Below are positions 62,048-64,000 of a stretch of 64,000 nt of DNA, piece after piece. Numbering within the stretch: position 1 is the stretch's first letter; each line of letters begins with the position of its first letter. The notes under the pieces are model-generated. The model did not search any database, was not told the origin of the DNA, and saw nothing but the letters and a program-made list of their open reading frames with translations. The DNA comes from Chiloscyllium plagiosum. Lineage: Eukaryota. Position numbers and translations under genes: made by a program. Location of the stretch: positions 15,503,690-15,567,689 of the forward strand of contig NC_057749.1 of the NCBI RefSeq assembly GCF_004010195.1, written 5' to 3'.

Positions 62048-63812
62048 GTAACGTCAACCTGCTGTGGCTCTGTTCTTTCTATTCTAGTCCTTGTAGTGTC
62101 CTGGGGGTTGCAGAGGGAGTGAGAGAGAGCAAGAGAGAGAGAGAAAGAGAGATGTCCTTTTTGTTTTTCGAATAGGAGATCGGCCAGCGGCCGAGTTACT
62201 GCCTGAGGGAAAGGCACTGTCAACATTTGAGGTGGGACTCTCCCGGTCCCAGAATCTACACCGGGCATCCCATATTCCCACTTGGTCACTGCCCTGTCTG
62301 TGCTACCTGTCTCCATCACAGAGTTTCTTCCCAAATCTTGTTGAGTTGCTTTTGGGAACTGGGACTGCATCTGGTGAGATAGAAGAGGGAATGGTCAGTA
62401 AATGGCCCTACCCAGTGACCTGGCTACCATGTCCGAAACACACATATCCCTTTATTAAACTGGTTATGGGATATTCCCACTGAGTGTCTGACGAGAATTG
62501 AAACAATTTTAATTCGGTTCTCCCATCAATCTGAGTCTGAGGGGAGCGGGGAGGTTGGTTTCACAGTTGAACCCCAAAGTCCAGGCTGTTCAAGATCTGA
62601 CTGACGGCCTCCCTGTCAACCCCCCCCCCCCCCTTTGAAACGGGATGAAATGATCAATTTACAGGAGAATTCACTTTCAGTTTGCACCCACCACGTCCCT
62701 TGGCTATTGCAAGGCATTGTCCATGGGAGGTGAGCGGAAACAACACCGGCACTTTGTGTCGATAACCTAGCGCCAGGACAATATCCTACCCACTCCGTAT
62801 GCGAGACAGCCGTCTCTCATTAACCTTGGAAACCTACAGCACTCCCTTCAGTCGTGCTGGTCGGCTTCAGCAATTGTAATCCTGCCTTGGGACTGTCTCC
62901 GCTCAGCGCTGACGGGAGGTAGGCACCAGTGTCTACATTGTCAATGGCCTGACTGTCATTGCATTCATGTAGAACATGAAAGGGTTTCCTACTGAGACCT
63001 GTATGACCCATTCTTTCCAGCTTTTTCGGAGATGTAGTTTCACCCACATAAAATCTTCGAGCTCTACAGCATGAAAACAACCTTTCGGTTTATCTCGTCC
63101 ATAATTAATCTATTCTTCACTCTATTCAGCACATTTGCCAGCAGACAGCAATCAGGCCATTGAATTATGTTTGCCTCCAACCCGCCTCATTTACAATTTT
63201 AGGGGAACATAGCCAGGTATCTGCGACCTGGGATTTGACTGCAGCGTCCCAGTGTTGAAAAAGGAGACATGGTCTGTGGTCCTGCTCCTTTCAGTTGGAG
63301 GAAGACCCCAGTGAACCACCGTACCAGCCAAGATTCACGCACCCACACACTGCCTAAAGCCCAGTGAGCATCCTGGGTGAGGAAGAAACTGCCCAGAGAG
63401 TAAATCAACATCCTTGCTGTTCTTTCTAGTAGAGTTCATCTTTTGGTCGTCATCATAATTTCTCCCCAAGATTGAGAGGTTCAGAATTAGGCAGTAATTA
63501 AATCATTGCCTTCTTCCAGTTTATCTTTACACAAAAGGTTTCTTAAAGGGACTGAAAAGTGTATTTGATAAAGTGCCATTGCGTGCACAAAGGAATTTTC
63601 TTGTTCAGTAATGACCTGGCTTCAGTAGCTCCAAACCTGCTGGAGATTTAAAAGATGTTGCTGGGAGAACTGAACGTAAATATTGCTGGAGACTTGCAGG
63701 AAACTGAAGAAATGACCAAATAAATAACAAAGGTAATCTAGACAAAATTTATCTCCCCTCCCTCCCCCCCAAAAAAATCATTGAAACATGGTCCTGTATG
63801 AAATAATCAACA

Positions 63813-64000
63813 CAGTGGCTCGGTGGTCAGCACTGCTGCCTCATAGCGCCAGGGACCCGCGTTTGATTCCCCCCTCGACTGACTGTAGAGTTCGCACATT
63901 CCTCCCAGTGTCTGCGTGGGTTTCCTCCGGGTGCTCCGGTTTCCTTCCACAGTCCAAAGATGTGCAGGTGAGGTGAATTGGCCATGCTAAATTGCCCATA
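63813..64000 (+). mobile_element. HE1-type SINE in CART intron 2, cut by the window end
   Basis: gtggctcggtggtcagcactgctgcctcatagcgccagggaccc...gtgtctgcgtgggtttcctccgggtgctccgg. Confidence 0.9.

Noticed and set aside
61927..62370. 147-aa minus-strand ORF antisense to CART exon 2
   Set aside because: No recognisable domain; includes a (GA)n tract; shadow ORF
63222..63248. CDLGFDCSV, resembling the start of CART exon 3 (CDAGEQCAV)
   Set aside because: No AG acceptor immediately before the Cys codon in phase 0, and the frame continues PVLKKETWS... without the remaining four cysteines; likely chance
1..64000. CRISPR arrays, rRNA, prokaryotic operons or DNA transposase genes
   Set aside because: None seen; repeats are dispersed retroelements and microsatellites

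Overview
Repeat-rich eukaryotic genomic DNA from a cartilaginous fish. The SINE/CR1/Penelope landscape is shark-like; a bamboo shark/orectolobiform origin is my guess, not proven. There are two N gaps. The only host gene I can support is the 5' part of a CART prepropeptide gene (cartpt) on the + strand: CCAAT/TATA promoter, exon 1 CDS 61159-61302 and exon 2 61964-62047; the Cys-rich exon 3 is not found in the window. The ~59 kb upstream is mostly decayed retroelements: CR1 LINEs (one near full length), an older LINE family with its partner SINE, Rex1/Babar, HE1-type and Deu-type SINEs, a Gypsy (Mag-like) element with solo LTRs, and Penelope-like elements. Most interesting: (1) a near-consensus 21-bp RE1/NRSE whose spacer is the CART start codon and which contains the Kozak sequence; (2) three different families of minimal type-I hammerhead ribozyme motifs in Penelope-derived, often palindromic, mini-insertions with TSDs; (3) a 113-bp, ~96% identical foldback with an inverted spacer; (4) an RFX X-box/half-CRE/CCAAT cluster at 25.7 kb; (5) repeated insertions at the same position of an old LINE family. 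Repeat boundaries are approximate unless a TSD is given.
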